Notes under the pieces: generated by a model
Seen by the model: the letters and a program-made list of their open reading frames with translations, nothing else
Database searches by the model: none
What the model was told of the DNA's origin: nothing
Assembly: GCF_009914755.1 (NCBI RefSeq)
Contig: NC_060941.1
Length of the DNA: 64,000 nucleotides
Direction: 5' to 3' (one strand)
DNA from: the human T2T-CHM13v2.0 reference genome, Homo sapiens
Translations under genes and position numbers: made by a program
Shown: piece after piece, positions 1-14,062 of the stretch
Numbering within the stretch: position 1 is the stretch's first letter
Layout: every line of letters starts with the position of its first letter

Positions 1-1002
1 CAGCCTTCCAAATTGCTTTGACATCCACTGAGGAGCATGTTCCAGGAATATCAGCTGTTCAGCCGGTCTGCTAAAGGGCATGGTCAGAGCACCTGGCTTT
101 TCCTGTGGGGAGAGGCTTCTGCAGGCAAACGCCTCTCCCTCCTCACTGCCCCTTATCCTGCTTCCCAGTCTGCATGGTCTCTTTTTTATTAAAGGAGACA
201 GGGAGAGAGGCTGAGAGAGAGGGAGGGAAATATTAGAAATATTGTCACAACCTGCTCCCCGGCTTCACAGAAGGTAATCATCAGGAAAGAGACGAGAAGA
301 GAACTGGGCTCTGTGGTTATCTCAGCTATTAGTAGGAGATTATTTGTTCATCAGCCTGTAAAAAGTTCCCAGCTTTGGCAAAGGTAATTACCAGCCTAGG
401 TGGCTGGGCCAGGTCGGGACATGGGGGGAGGTGAAGCTGTCATTTCCAATTCACCAGCCTCCATTTGCTGTTTGGTCAAGAGGTTCAAATGAAAAGGTTA
501 ATTAAGAATCAGAGGATTTGCTCATCAGGTTAAGTCATGTATACACAGCACAAAGGGCATGTCTATACATGATAACTGCTTTTAAAGAAACCAATTCAAT
601 TCAGCATGCATTTGTTGACACACTCACCTCCCCCACCCCCAACACACTTACAACCTCTCGGGGTTAGGTGTGTGCTAGCCTCTTTGTTTGTTACAGGGGA
701 TATGATAGCCGGTGAGGTATGGGTACTTGCTTGGGATATATGGCTCCCTCTGCAATGGAGATCAGCCCACAAATGTGGGGGCTCCAGTCAAACTAGCTAC
801 TTGCCTACTGTGTGTCCCTTGGGCAAATAACTCTCTGTCTTGGAGGAGGTTAGAGTAGATCTGCAATTCCTAGTCATAATAGTCTGCGGATTGGGGAAAA
901 GGAGATGCAATAGAACCATTCTGGACAACTTTTAAAAATATACTCCCTACAGGAATTCTGATAGTTGCCCTTCTCCCAATTTCATCCAAGTCTCTTGGTA
1001 CA

Positions 1003-1452
1003 TGTAGTGGATGCTGTAGAATGTCAACCTGGTCCCTCCTTCAGGATTGAGGTCCTCACTTCTCCAGTTGCAGCTAGGAGTATTGATAGATGATGTCTCT
1101 CAGCTAGGTCCCTCTCTAGGAATTGCCTCAGCCAAGGAGAGCCAAGTTCACTTCCTTGGGGCAGCCTGCATCAAACTGTGGATGTGGGGGTGTAAATACC
1201 CATTCCTTTTGCTTCAGGACAGGACAACTTAGAAGGCCATCCTAGCTCCAGAACTCCCGGTAGGCTTGGCTGGGACCCTTCATCCCAGCTCAGTTTCTCT
1301 CTCTGCCTAATCCCATTTCCTTCCCTCTCCTCCACACCCCCTTCCCTCTCCTCCCCACCCCAAGTTGTTGATGCCAAAAGCAACCTCAATAAATTTCCTG
1401 CATGAAAATATCCATTTCAGAGTCTGTTTCCCAGGAAACCCAACCCAAGGCA
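1003..1452 (+). mobile_element. Solo ERVL LTR, LTR16-family (LTR16C-like)
   Basis: Begins TGTAGTGGATGCTGT and ends AATAAATTTCCTGCATG...CAGAGTCTGTTTCCCAGGAAACCCAACCCAAGGCA; TG..CA ends; near-TSD GTACA/GCACA. Confidence 0.75.
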
Positions 1453-4400
1453 GCACACACAAAAAATTGAGACTCACCAGATCCAATGATCGGCAGGAGC
1501 CGTTCATCCATTCAGCAAACGAGTGTTTGGCACCTATGTTAACTCTAGCCCTAGAAGACGTCCTGGGTGAGGAAAGATTCCAAGTGGGCCTCAAAGAGTG
1601 GGCAGAGTGTGGAAGGAGGAGGAGAGGCAATGAATTTAGTGGAATCATTGTGTGTTTTGGAGTGCACACGTGGAGTGACCAACTAGATGTCTGAAATTAT
1701 CCTGGAGTGCCGAATTACTAATTCCAGCTCTGGAGTGTCCCTATCTGACCTTTAGTGGGTGCAGGATTATTGCCTGTGGAAAATTCTGTCTTGCTTCTGC
1801 CATGTGTTATGTCCCAATGGCAACCTGTCCTCACACCCTACCTTTAAAGAGGTGATCTGTCTCCATCTCACAGCCAACATCAACAAGGGAAAGCTCCTAC
1901 CTCCATGGTATTATTTGCAGCCTTTGTTCTGAACCTATCAATCGCTTCACCCTCTTGGAATCTTCTCTGAATTGTTCCTGAGGCCTCAGCTGCCAGCCTC
2001 TTGCCCTACCCCCTGACCAGGGCCTTGCAGGCTCTCCTTGACCCTGATGACTGATGTTTCCCTCCCAACCCTCAGCCTTTGACTCCCCACTCATTTATAA
2101 TCCAGACACATTCTTCATCACATCTGTCTTCTGCCATGCCAGGGGTCTCCCCAGCCCAGCCTGTCCCAGGCTTTACCTCAGCACTGCCCCAGATGGTCAG
2201 GTGCTCTGCTGGCCTATAAGCCCTGTGACCTCAGACTGACTGTGTAGTGTTTAGAGGGGGATCTGGAGCTCTAAAAGGAGGTGGGGATTGTGACTATGAC
2301 TGGGGCACATGACTGAGATGGTCCTCTTATTCTAATAACAGCAGGAAATGCTGTTAGGTCACCTCCTTTCCAGGGTTCTGCATCTTTACTCCCACCTGGC
2401 ATAGTTTGGCTTCTGGCTTCCAGTCCAGTATCCCCAGGAAACAGGCAGACTTGAGCAGAGCTGAATCCTCAGTGAGGCACTGGAGACTTTGTCTTAAAGG
2501 AAATCAGGAAGGAGAGACACAAAATAGAAAACAGCCTGGGAAGAAGGGGTTCTGTCCATGGTTCTGAAAAAACAATCCCAGGAATACTGTGATTACTTGC
2601 TGACCTTCCACCTGAGGCTCAGCGCTCAGCTGTACATTGTGAGGAGCCCAAAGGACATGGGATCCCAGTTCCTGCCATAAAAGGTCCTTTAGGCAAGTTG
2701 GACACAATAAAACACCTACATGAGAACACACAGGAATAATTCTGAGCAGTCCAAATAATGATGGGTCTCAGAAAACTGCACATAGGAGAGTTCTGGCTGC
2801 CTTGATAAAGGGGACCTTGAGGCAAACCCCATTTTAGGCTCTAGGCCCTTTGAAGAAAAAACCACTTTGTAATGAAATGCTCTTTCTTTAGTCACCATAC
2901 CATTCCCTGCAGTATTTAAAACCTAAAGGTCTTGGATATAAAACTAGTTTATCTAAATGCAGCAGTGCAGCAGTTTAAATTTAGGTGCTAATGCTATGTT
3001 TGAAATGTAAGCATACCATTGGCTTTTAGTTATGTCTTTAAAAAAGGATTGGTGAGTCATTTTTGTCTGGGTGCCCCAGCTCCAGGCCATATGGCCACGG
3101 TCTCTCAACCCTTGCTTGTCATAGTCACACAGAGCTGACCCTATAAGCAAGAGGCTCCAGAGCCTCACTTTCCAGGGCAGCCTGAGGCCCTGGGACATGT
3201 ACACAGCAGCGTGTCTGCCACACCCACTGCTGATGGGAGTGCGCTCCCTCCCCAGGCGCTGCTCTGTCCTCAGCATTGTGAGGATCTTAGTATGCAGAGA
3301 CAACGCATGGCCTCCCTGCTCTGCTCCCAGCAGGTGCCCTCCCTTGCCTTGCATGAGGAAAGGCTGCAACTTTGAGCTCCCTCTTTAGCTAGGGAGCCTC
3401 CCTTGCCTCCCTCACTGGGTCTCAGGAGGAAAGAGCTTGCGTACATCTTCATCCAGCCTCTGTATCTTTGTGGAGGTCTTCTCATTCACAGACAAAAGGA
3501 ACTGCTTTAGGTCTATCTTCGGAATTGGAAAAATTAATATTCATAAGACAAATACCCTGATCCCTGACCAACCTGATGTCTGAGGGGCAGATCACACATC
3601 TATTGACCTCAGTTTCTCCTTTAAAACAAGAGGAGCTGACTGGATGATCAAACAGGTTTCTGCTGATTCATCCTAACAGTCTCTGAATCAGAAGGAGTGG
3701 GATGAGTCCTTCTTTACCTTAGATAAATATGTACCCTATCCATCTACCCCACTCCCTGAAGTCTTACCTCCCTGAGAGCCAATACTCAGGGAATTCTGTG
3801 TCCATGAGAACACTTCTTTTTTTCCTCTCATCTGGGACTGTTGCTCTCTATTCCATTTGATTTCCTACCTATGGAACTGGGGTAGAAAACATGGATCCTA
3901 TAGGAACCCTTCACTTATCTCTCCTGAGACCTTCACTAGAGCCAGCCTCTCTTTTGAGCTCTGCTTTAATTTCTTCTAACTACCAAGAGGAAGGGCAGAG
4001 GGCATGTCCTGCTCCACAGCCTCACCACCTTGGGAAGATAAAAAAAGAGAAGAAAGAGTCGATTTTCACTCTTCCAGACAAATCCCTCATTTCAAAACCT
4101 TCAGGAAAAAACTGGGTGATCCCAGGAGGAGGCTGGCACACAGGGAAGGGTGTGGGAAAAAGACATAAACCTCAATTCAGTGGGTGGTAAAGATTACCCA
4201 AGAAGGTTTCTCAGAGAAGCTATCAGAACAGGCATTGAATGAGGATCTGTAGAGATATAGGGAGAAGACAGAGGCATACCTTGTAAAGACAGAAGCAGTA
4301 ATTGGCAAGTCACTTGTATTTGGGGAGCGGGAGAGTTCCAGTGGGCTCCAGCGGGCTGCGGGAAGAGAGTGAGATGCATTTGGCGAGATGCAGGATTGTG

Positions 4401-5909
4401 GGGCGGGCAAATGATGAGGGCCTTGCATGCTGGAGTCTATTTTCTGCAATAGGAACAAGAAGGACGTTGATCCTGATGCCGGGTCTCTGTGGGTTGGGTG
4501 TTTGTCCTGGGACTCCCAAACTTGGGGAGAATGTAGGGCTCAGACATAAGTTTGTGTAAGTGTGTGAACATGCATGGGAAATGCAATGGATACAGAGTTT
4601 CATTTGAGCCATTCTGGCTTGGTCCAAATTTATTTTAATTTGGTCAAGAGTATGAAATCCACATTACTAGTCATTGGTAACTCAAGCCGAGGCTCCAGTG
4701 ACTGTCAGGCTGCGTGATTGCTTCCCTGCAAGGACAAAGGAGAATGAAGCTTACATGCTTGGTAAATATTGGGGTGGGGAAGAGAAATGGATGTTTTTTC
4801 TTTTCAGTCCATCGATTTTGTTATTCTCAATTGCTGTCCCAGTGGACCCACATGCTCCACACATCCCTGAATATTCTCTCACATCTGGCACGACTTGGGA
4901 CAGGAGCGGAAATGCTGGGAGGGGTATCTGGAGAAGAGTCTGGAATGCTTCTTGGAGGTTCAGCCACGTTTGAATGTGCAGCAGGACTGCCCCAGCCACT
5001 CAGGGCCAGTCATCTCTCACTCTTGCTTCCAGTCCCATTTTCTGCCCTACTTTCCAAATGTGATAGTTGCTTTTAGTAGAAATCCACAAGCATTTGCCTT
5101 CAGGGCCTCCAAGAGCTCCCCTTCCAGTCTCCCACTGGCTCCCCCTCCACCTGCAGCAACACAGGAGCCAAACCTGGGATTTACCACTGCTGCCCCATCT
5201 GCATCAGGGGCCAGTCTTGGGACCTGCAGGAAGGGTGGGGAAAGTATGTTGGGCCTGTTGACATAAGTGAGTCACTGTGAGTGGGAGCAGATGACAGGGA
5301 GAGTATGACTCAGTGAAGGGAATACAATGTGGGTGAACACAAGGGGTTTGCAAATTTTTACCTGCCCAAGGGAATGTGGAAACTCAGGGGACTTGGAGCA
5401 GGCCCAGCTGGTGCTTACTGATGCCATGTTGGCCCAATGGTGCTGCTGTTTTCAGGTTCTCTCTGGGTAACCAATACGTATGTGGTAGTCTTCCTGAACT
5501 TGTCTCTTCTGCATTCTTTGGTGACTCCTTGTATCTTGACCCCTTTAGTCCTTCTTTGCCAGGGAGGGTGGTGAACAGAGGCCTCAAGGAATCCTCAGCC
5601 AGTGTCCCAGCTACTGGGTCCACATCCATCAGAGGAGCATGGAGCTGGGACCAGTGTCTTGATCTGAGTTTCAGAACAGAGTCTGCCATAGGGAAAGGCT
5701 CTTAAGCATCTGACTTAGTCACTGAACATTGTGATGCTCTGCATAGGTCTCTCTTTTTGGAATATGGGAAGAGGGACAGTATCCTAGATGCTAAGGGCTG
5801 CTGCCTTCCTTCTTTGGCCAGCAGCTTGTTGGGAGCAGGAGAGTAAAGTCGTCCAAGCTATACAAGGAAGAAGAGCAGGGGAACGCTGCCACAAGCCTCA
5901 TGACACTGG

Positions 5910-6313
5910 CAGCCACCTGCCTCAGGGCCTTTGCACATGCTCTCCCCCTTCCCTTCACATGGAAGGCTCCTCCCCATACACCTGCATGGCCAGTGTCCTC
6001 ACCTCCTTTAGATCTTTGTTCAGATGTCACATTTTTGGTGAGGCTTCCCTGACCACAGTATTTAAAATGCCACCCTACCCACAGCATTTTCCGTCTTCCT
6101 TTCCTGCCTTATTTTTTCCCCATATGCCTTCTCACCAACTAATATACTGTTACTCATTTACTATGTTTATTTTATACCTCCTCCTATTAGAATGCAGGCT
6201 TCATGAGGATAGGCATTCAGTCTGTTTTGTTCATTGCAGTATCTCCAATCCCTAGAACAGTGCCTGGCACAAAGAAGGTTCCCATTAATCTTAGTTGAAG
6301 ATTTAGTGAATTG
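5910..6313 (+). mobile_element. LINE2 (L2a-like) 3' fragment
   Basis: CAGGGCCTTTGCACATGC...AGATGTCAC...CTAGAACAGTGCCTGGCACA: typical L2 3' end. Confidence 0.8.
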
Positions 6314-9300
6314 ACCAAGAATATTCTGAGTGCTAGTAGGAAAGGTTATATGCCCAGGCAGGGGTTACCCACTGCAGAGGATGGAGTGGACAAAGAAAGG
6401 CTCAGACTGGGATTCAGGGGAGCTGGGTGCAAGCCCCAGCCCTGGCCCTCTCCAGCAGCAAAGTGGAGATAAGCCAGCCCACTCTGCATCCTCTGGGTAA
6501 TGGAAGTATCATCACTTTGTAAATTATAAAGAGTGGCCTGTATGGCTCTCATCCTGACTCCACTGTGGTGTATGGGCTGACCCTGAGTTGCAGTGTGATC
6601 AGATGGGGTTGGGGTTAGTAGAGAAGGTTTTGTGGAGGAAGTGCGTCTTGGGATGGGCTCTAGATATGCAGGGAACCGCACTGGCAAAGGCCCAGAGGAA
6701 CAAGGAGTTTGGGGTGGGAGACAGGCAGGGCCTCTGTGGAGATTGTTCTGATGCTAATTCAGAGGCACCAGGGACTAGGGAAGCTTCTGCCTTTCGTGGC
6801 CACAATTCTCAGGCTAGTTGCCCGGGTGTGAGCTATAGTCTGCTCAAGCCGTGCTTGTTACAGGGAACTGCGACCCACTGCGCTGCCTTGAGTGAAGGGG
6901 TGTTGCTGATTGTCAAAGATGACAAACAGGCAGCCTCAAGGCTGTGGAATGGGCTTTTGGAGGCTGGAGCTGGATGAGCAGGGAGCCCTTCTCCTGGGCC
7001 CCGTCAGCCTACTCACTTTTCATAAGGTCCAACTTAGCGGCCACTGTCTTTTCCCCCTGTTTGGTTTCAGTCTCCATTCCTGACTATGGATTTCTATGTG
7101 TCTCAATGTTCTCAAAAGAGAAAGCATTTCTAATGCCCTTGAATCAGCCTATGGATGGGAGAGTCACTTGCTCACCTCTCATCCATCTCCTGTAGCCTAG
7201 AGGGGACAAAGTCGCATGGTACATGACGGGAGGGCTTCCCTCTTCAGTGCCAGCAGAAAGGAGTATGGATCTAGGAAGGCAGTTGGGCAGGGAAGGCCAA
7301 ATGGCTAGGACTCAGGCACAAGTCCTAAGACCATCCTGCAGACCAGGGCTCCCAGTGTGGATTCAGGGAGAAAAATAAAAGGGCTGTTTCCACAGTGACC
7401 CTGCCTGAACTTTAGGCTGTATCTTATTTTTTTAAATTTCTTTTTCTCTTTTCCCCCCTCATTCTTGCTGTCATCTTATAAGCTTTATCTTTGTGGTCTC
7501 TTCACTCCAGCCCGACTCACCCACTCACCAGTGCCTACTTCTGCTCATGTCCTCTCCCTGGCCAACTCATTTCCATTGATTCAAATCCTATCCATCCTTC
7601 CAAGCTCAGCTCTGCCCCATCTCCTGCCGGGGTACTGCCTTGATCACTCCAGCCCTTCCATCTCCCCTCCTCTCTTCCTCTCATTCTTATGTCTCTTCCT
7701 GGTTATTTTCAGCTTCCCTGACCCTTCATGTAAACTGTCTGGTGATAGATGGCCTTTGTAGGGTCGTCTTGTATTGCCACTTATTTCTGGTAATTTTTCA
7801 TGCCTTGCTTTCCAATTGGTCAACAGGACAAACATCACACACCCCCTCAGGTCTTTCCTGGGCACATAAAGATCCTTGTAGACATGCACAGCCATTTGCC
7901 TTTGGGGCAAGAAGGCTTTAACCACCATCAGGTCAAATCTGAGAGATGAGGAAACAGAAGTCTAGAGAAGAGGAGTATTTTGCCCCAAATCACATAGTCA
8001 AGGTCAGCGTGGAATTCAGGTCTCTTGGCTCTTTACCCAGGCAAGAACTATGAGAAGCAGCTTTGGCTGTGAAGTTGGTACCATAGTGTTGCAAAGTACA
8101 CCAGAGCCAAGGTGGCCAGTGGCAGTTGGGGAGGTCTCATGCATCAGAGAGTGAGTGGCTGCCCACCTGGGTGGATGCATCCCCTGCCTCCTTGCAGGGT
8201 CCCAGAGCCTCATATTCTGCCAGGAGCCATCTGTTCCTTTGGAAACTGCCATTTCCCCCACTCAGTTTCCTCTTTTAAAATGCAAACTCCTAAGAGATGG
8301 GCTCAAGGGCACAGGCTGGCAGGGAACTCTGGCTGGGTCCCCCTTGGAAGGAGAGGGGGAGTGGTGGCAGAGGAGCCTTACAACTTCACCGTGTCCACTG
8401 CCAAAGTGCGCATTTCCTGATTGGCAGGTGGACCAAATAAAAGCCAGCCCAGGGATCTGGGGAGAATAAATCTCAATGAAATGTTTTTTATCAGGGTTCT
8501 GCTGCTCTACAAGGAAGATGTGCAGGTTAAGCTGGACAAATAGCAGGCTGAGTGCGGCTGGGCTTTTCCCAGTCTCCAGGGAGGACTCAGGATTGAGCTG
8601 CAGGGCCTGGTGATCATCCCAGCCTCAAGGCAAGGGCACAGCTGCGATCCTGCTTGATCTCACCCTGCTTTGTCTGCTTCCTGTGGAGAGCTCCCGCCTT
8701 GAGAGTGGGAAGGAATGTGTGATCATCCCCATTGTACAGAAGGGAAGAGTGAGACCCACAGTGACTAAGTGAGTACAGAGAGAATGAGGAAGCAGAAAAG
8801 GAATTGGATTGGGGTCTGGGCTTCTGGTCCAGGCTCCACCCTAACCTGCTGTGTGATTTTGTCCAAACCTTTTATCTTTTCTGGGTTTCTTCACTCGAGT
8901 GTGAACTTTGGACCAGATCAGTGACTTCCAGATCACTTTTCCTAACCACAATGGGCACATGTTAGCCCTTTCCATGGGCCCGGGCCACTTCCAGTACCCC
9001 TATAGGGGCTGTAATGCAAACCCTTATTCCTTTTCCAGAAAGATCATCAGAACAGAGAACCCTGAGAATTGCATTGCAGGGATACCCTTGCCTCTGTTCT
9101 AATTTATATAACAAATTCCAAAGCCTTTGCACTCAGTGTTTGGGAATGAATGACCTACAGGGCACCTGGGTCACTGTCTTGAGAATCTTTAGCTTTCCTG
9201 GGTTCCTCACTGAGGTGCTAAGATGCCAGGATCCTGGGCATCTGAGTGTACCCTGAGGTCTGGTCTCATCCACTGAGGCAGGAGGCAGAGCTGGGCAAGC

Positions 9301-9929
9301 CTGGGTGTCCAGCCTCCATGCCCCTCACTGATCAGGGGTCACTGTGGCCCCTCACTCTACCTGCCGCACCTTTCCCAGCAGATGGTAGCTGGGAAAGCAA
9401 GTCAAATGCCTGTTTCCTCCGGTGGACTTGGGCAGATCATGCTCTGAGTGCTCCCCAGCCCTTTTCCCTGGATCTCTGAGCTGGCTTTCTCCAAATCTCC
9501 ACCTCCCTTTCTCTGCGTCTCCGGTGAATACTGCCACACAGGGAGCCTGCTTTACCAAGCCTTACTTGAGTCTTGAGATGCTAATAGATCCCCTGGGAAT
9601 GGCAGGCTGGAGTGGAACCTGGCATGGGGAAGACAGACTGCGCCAGCTCCCACCAGAGCACGGAGCACTGCAGCTCTGGCACCACTGAGACCCCTGATCA
9701 AGGCCATTTCTACCTCTAGGTGGACAAGCCAGGCTCAGGGGCACTGCTGGATTGCCCTGTGGGGGCCTCTAGGCAGCACAAAGGGCCTCCCTGCTGAGCT
9801 CAGGCTGGGAATTCTTCTTGCCCTAGGCCCAAACCAGCACTGATTTCAGTCTGAATGTGGTGGCTGCAGTGCAGGGCCCACCGTTCTGATGGAACCTAAA
9901 GTCAGAGGAAGAAGGAAGAAAATGACCAC

Positions 9930-10140
9930 TGATTAGTACCTGAGGAGGACAGTGACCTCTTCAGGGATCATCTCATTCATTCCTTACCTCCCAACGGCAC
10001 TGTGCTGCAGGCAGTACTATTCTATTTACAGGCACAGAGACTGCAACTTGGGGAGGCCAAGCAGTTGGCCCAGGGTCACACAGCCGGCCAGAGGCAGAGC
10101 AGGGATTCTGCCAGGCCTATTGCTCTTCCCACTTCACCAT
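9930..10140 (-). mobile_element. MIR SINE fragment
   Basis: TCTATTTACAGGCACAGAGACTG...GGCCCAGGGTCACACAGC, reverse MIR core. Confidence 0.6.
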
Positions 10141-11639
10141 ATCAGGGGCCTAAACCACAGTAAAGAAAGCCAGGAATTGGAACCCCATTGGTTGGTGGCC
10201 CTGTTTCTTCCTTCCTTTGCCTGGGGTGGGTGACGATGCTCTTTCTGCACCACTGCACAACTTGTCATCCCTTCTAAGATCCCAGCCAGGGCAATGCCTA
10301 CTGTTCAAGAAAGAGAACCCTCATCTCCCACCAGCAGAAATCAATAATTTATGAAATACTGCTTTAGCCAGAGCAGAGAGTGATATATTATAATGCTTCT
10401 TAAAATCCAATATTAACAAGTTTTCTAAAGGGTGAAAATATTTGAATTAGGGGAAATGAATGTTTTACAAGCCAGCAGGGGAGCCATCCCCTGAGATGGG
10501 CAGGGGGATGGCCGGGGAGGTGGGAGAGCATTGGACTGGGGCTGGGTCAACTGTCCTGAGGCTTTAAGCCAGAAGCCACCATAACTCAAAAGGGATGTGC
10601 CCTGGGCAGAGTGGGTGCAGAATCGCATTCCGCAAAGGGTCCCAAAGGGCGTTTATGCTAGATGCCTGCTGGGCAATGGCCAGGGGTGTCGAAGTCTAAG
10701 ACTATTGTGGTCTTTAAATTCTGCCTATTGGGACCTGCCCCTTTAGAGCAGCTGGTCCTCCAGGCCTTTCTGCCCAGGGGGCTGCAGGCAGGATCACCCT
10801 CTGTGCTCAACTATGTTATTGTTCAGCAAATATTTACTGTCCCCTCCTCACTGGGCAGCTTGAGTGGACTGCCTGATGATCCTACAGACCTTGGCTTGGG
10901 CTGATGGAATGTGGAGGGCAGGCATATGACTAAGGGCTCCTCCAAGCAGAGGCCTTGAGTGAGTTCATGTGGAAAGCTGGGGCTCTTGGGCTCCAGTCCT
11001 GCACTCTGAGAAGAGGCTGTGCCCCAAGGAAGTCACTGTTCCTCACACCTGGATCTGGGATGAGACACCCATGGGGCCAAGCCAGGAGCAGTCACCACAG
11101 CCAACCTGCAGGCTCATGAGCTCATTGGTGTAAGACACGGAGATGTAGAGTTGTTTGTCATAAGGCATCGTCACAGAAAAGTCAGCACACCCTCCCCTCC
11201 CCACCACCTCCATGCCCTGTTGGAAAAGCATCTCCTGGCCGCTTATCCAGGCACTTTGTTGTCAAATTCATGCCCTTTGAAGGGTACCTGCTTCCCTGCC
11301 AGACATGCTCCCCGCAAGGAGAGCAGAACAAGCTCTCCAACTTCTTCCATTGTGAAAGCCCATTTATAGCATCAAATGTTGTCTCTGCCCCCTAAGGTTC
11401 AGTGGCTATATTTTTGTAGCCATTGATTGGGACTAGGTGTGGGGAGGAGCACAGTGAGAATAGGCAACTATGAATCAGTTACCCTTTAAAATTGATTATG
11501 CTTTAATGTATATTTTATCCAACAGAACAACAGTTTACAAATATTTGAAAAGCAGTATATGAACATAAAAGGGGTAGTGTTTATTCCCTCACTGCTGCTT
11601 ACCCCTCAGATTCATGGACTCCTTGCAATCTGAGACTCA

Positions 11640-12010
11640 TAGGGACTGCGGAAAGAGAGTGAATTTTGTTGTGAGATCGATTACTTCCCAGCCACTTCAA
11701 CTGCCTGGATCTCAGATCTCAGTTTCTTCTTCTGTAAAATAAGCACATCTCTGCTGCAGGGTTTTCTGAAGTATTAAGGCGAGCACAGGAATGGTAATAT
11801 ACATGGCAGACATGGGATATACTCAACAATCACATCTTTTTAATTTTGTCTCTGCTGTTTATTCCGCCCTGTGACCTTGGGCCAGATTTGGAGATGACTC
11901 TCAGCCTTAGTTCCTTCCTCTGCAAAATGAGGAGCATCATACCTATCTCAGGGGAGACACAGAGTCCTGAACGAGAATGCACCTGGAGCACAGTCAGTGC
12001 TGAAATAATT
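11640..12010 (+). mobile_element. Two tandem MIR fragments
   Basis: CTCAGTTTCTTCTTCTGTAAAAT and CTGTGACCTTGGGC...CCTTAGTTCCTTCCTCTGCAAAATGAGG MIR cores. Confidence 0.6.
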
Positions 12011-12797
12011 TTCTCCGTCCTTTCTTCTCTGCCAGCCCCTCCTGTCTTCCATGGCCACATGCAAGGCACAGCTTCTCCAAACAGCCTTCCCAAGGCCCCC
12101 ACTCCACTCAGGAGTCTCCTTTAGGACAAAGCTCCTCTCCAGAAGTGCATTCGTCACAAGCTAAACACCCAACAGCTGATATCAGTAACAGAGGACCGAA
12201 TCGCAGATTAATTAAAGATCCTGTTTACTCGCCTGCCTCCACCGTGTCATGTGCTCCTTCAACCTACAGCCCTGCACCTTAATTGAAGAGTGTGCAGCAG
12301 TTAGGGACAGGCTGGACTTCTCAAACTTCTGCCAGTTTCACACTTGCTTGCATTACCCGGGACAGGCCGAGCCAGCCTGTCCACACCTGGTGGTTTAAAG
12401 TGTGGCCAGGCTCTCACCTAAGCCACTTGATTAGTCTTCACAGTGGAATTAGAAATAGAATCCCACCAAATCAGGGCAAAACAAGGCAGGAAGAGTATTT
12501 GGTGAAAGCAGGGACCACACCTTTTTTTAAATTTTTTTTCCAAGCACCAATCTTGTATTTTTCTTGCCAATAACTAGGCCACAGTGACCTCCTGCTTCAG
12601 TCTCCTGGGGCCAGGACAGGTACTCCTCACCTCTGAGCCCTTGACTGTATCCTCTTGCCTCAGACTTTGCTCTCTGCTCTGAGGACAGTGGCAGGATAGT
12701 AATATGAGTAATAGTTAGGACCGGCTGAGCACTCAGTGAGGCACTTAAAGGCAGTTCTACGTGTAGTGGTGAAGAGCACCAGTTCTGAAAAGAAGTT

Positions 12798-13090
12798 GGG
12801 CAAGGCATGGCAGCTCGTGCTTGTAATCCCAGCATTTTGGGAGGCCAAGGCTGGAGGATTGCTTGAGCTCAGGAGTTTGAGACCAGTCTGGGCAACATGA
12901 TGAGACCCCCATCTCTGAAAAAAAAAAAAGTAGCCAGGCATGGTGGTATTCGACTGTGGTCCCAGCTCCTTGGAAGTCTGAGGTGGGAAGATTGCTTGAA
13001 CCCGGGAGATCAAGGCTGCAGTGAGCTCTGTTAGCAACACTGTACTCCAGCCTGGGTGACAGAGAGAGACCCAGTTAAAAAAAAAAAAAA
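12798..13090 (+). mobile_element. AluJ
   Basis: Dimeric Alu with GGAGGATTGCTTGAGCTCAGGAGTT and AAGGCTGCAGTGAGC (J diagnostics), plus A tail. Confidence 0.92.
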
Positions 13091-14047
13091 GAGAGAAGAT
13101 GTACAAATGGCCAAAAAGTACATGCAAAAATGCTCTCAACATCACTAATCATCAGGGAAATGCAAATGAAAACTGCTGTGAGATATCACCTCACACCTGT
13201 TAGAATGGCTATTATCAAAAAGATGAAAGATAACAAGTGCTGGAGAGGGTGTGGAGAAAAGTGAACCCAGGTAAACTGTTGGTGGGAATGTAAATTAGTA
13301 CAGCCATTATGTAAAACAGTATGGAAGTTCCTCAAAAAATTAAAAATAGAACTCTCATATTACCCAGCAACCCCACTACTGGGTATATCCAAAGGAAATC
13401 AAATTAGTATGGCAGAGGTATTTACACTACCATATTTATTGCAGCACTGTTCACAATAGCCAAGATATGGAATCAACCCAAGCATCTATCCATGAATGAA
13501 TGGATAAAGAAAATGTGCCTTATAGACACACTGGAACATTATACAGCCTTTTAAAAGAAGGAAATCGTGTCATTGGCAACAACATGGATAAACGTTATGT
13601 TAAGTGAAATAAACCAGGCACGGAAAGAAAATGCTGCATGATCACACTTATATGTGGAATCATAAAACGCTAAACTCATAGAAGTAGAGAGTCGAATAGT
13701 TGTTACCAGGGACTGGCCAGGGGCGGGGGCCAGGTGCAGAGAGGTTGGGGAGATATTCGTCAAAGAATACAAAATTTCTGTAGATATGAGGAATAAATTC
13801 AAGAGATGTATTGTACCACTCGGTGATTATAGTTAATAACCATGTATTGCATTCTTGAAAATTGCTGAAAGTAGATTTTGAGTGTTCTTACCACAAAAAA
13901 GGATAAGTATGTAAAGTAATGCATATGTTGATTAGCTTAATTTAGCCATTCCACATTGTATACATATTTCGAACAACATATTTTATGAAGTAAATGCGTA
14001 CACTCTTTATCTATTAGAAATATAAATTAAGAAAAAAAAAAGAAAAA
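13091..14047 (+). mobile_element. 5'-truncated L1 (L1MA-like): end of ORF2 plus 3'UTR and A tail
   Basis: ACATCACTAATCATCAGGGAAATGCAAA...TTAGAATGGCTATTATCAAAAAG...AATGAATGGATAAAGAAAATGTG, L1MA-type 3'UTR, A tail. Confidence 0.9.
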
Positions 14048-14062
14048 GCATACCAGTTCTGA

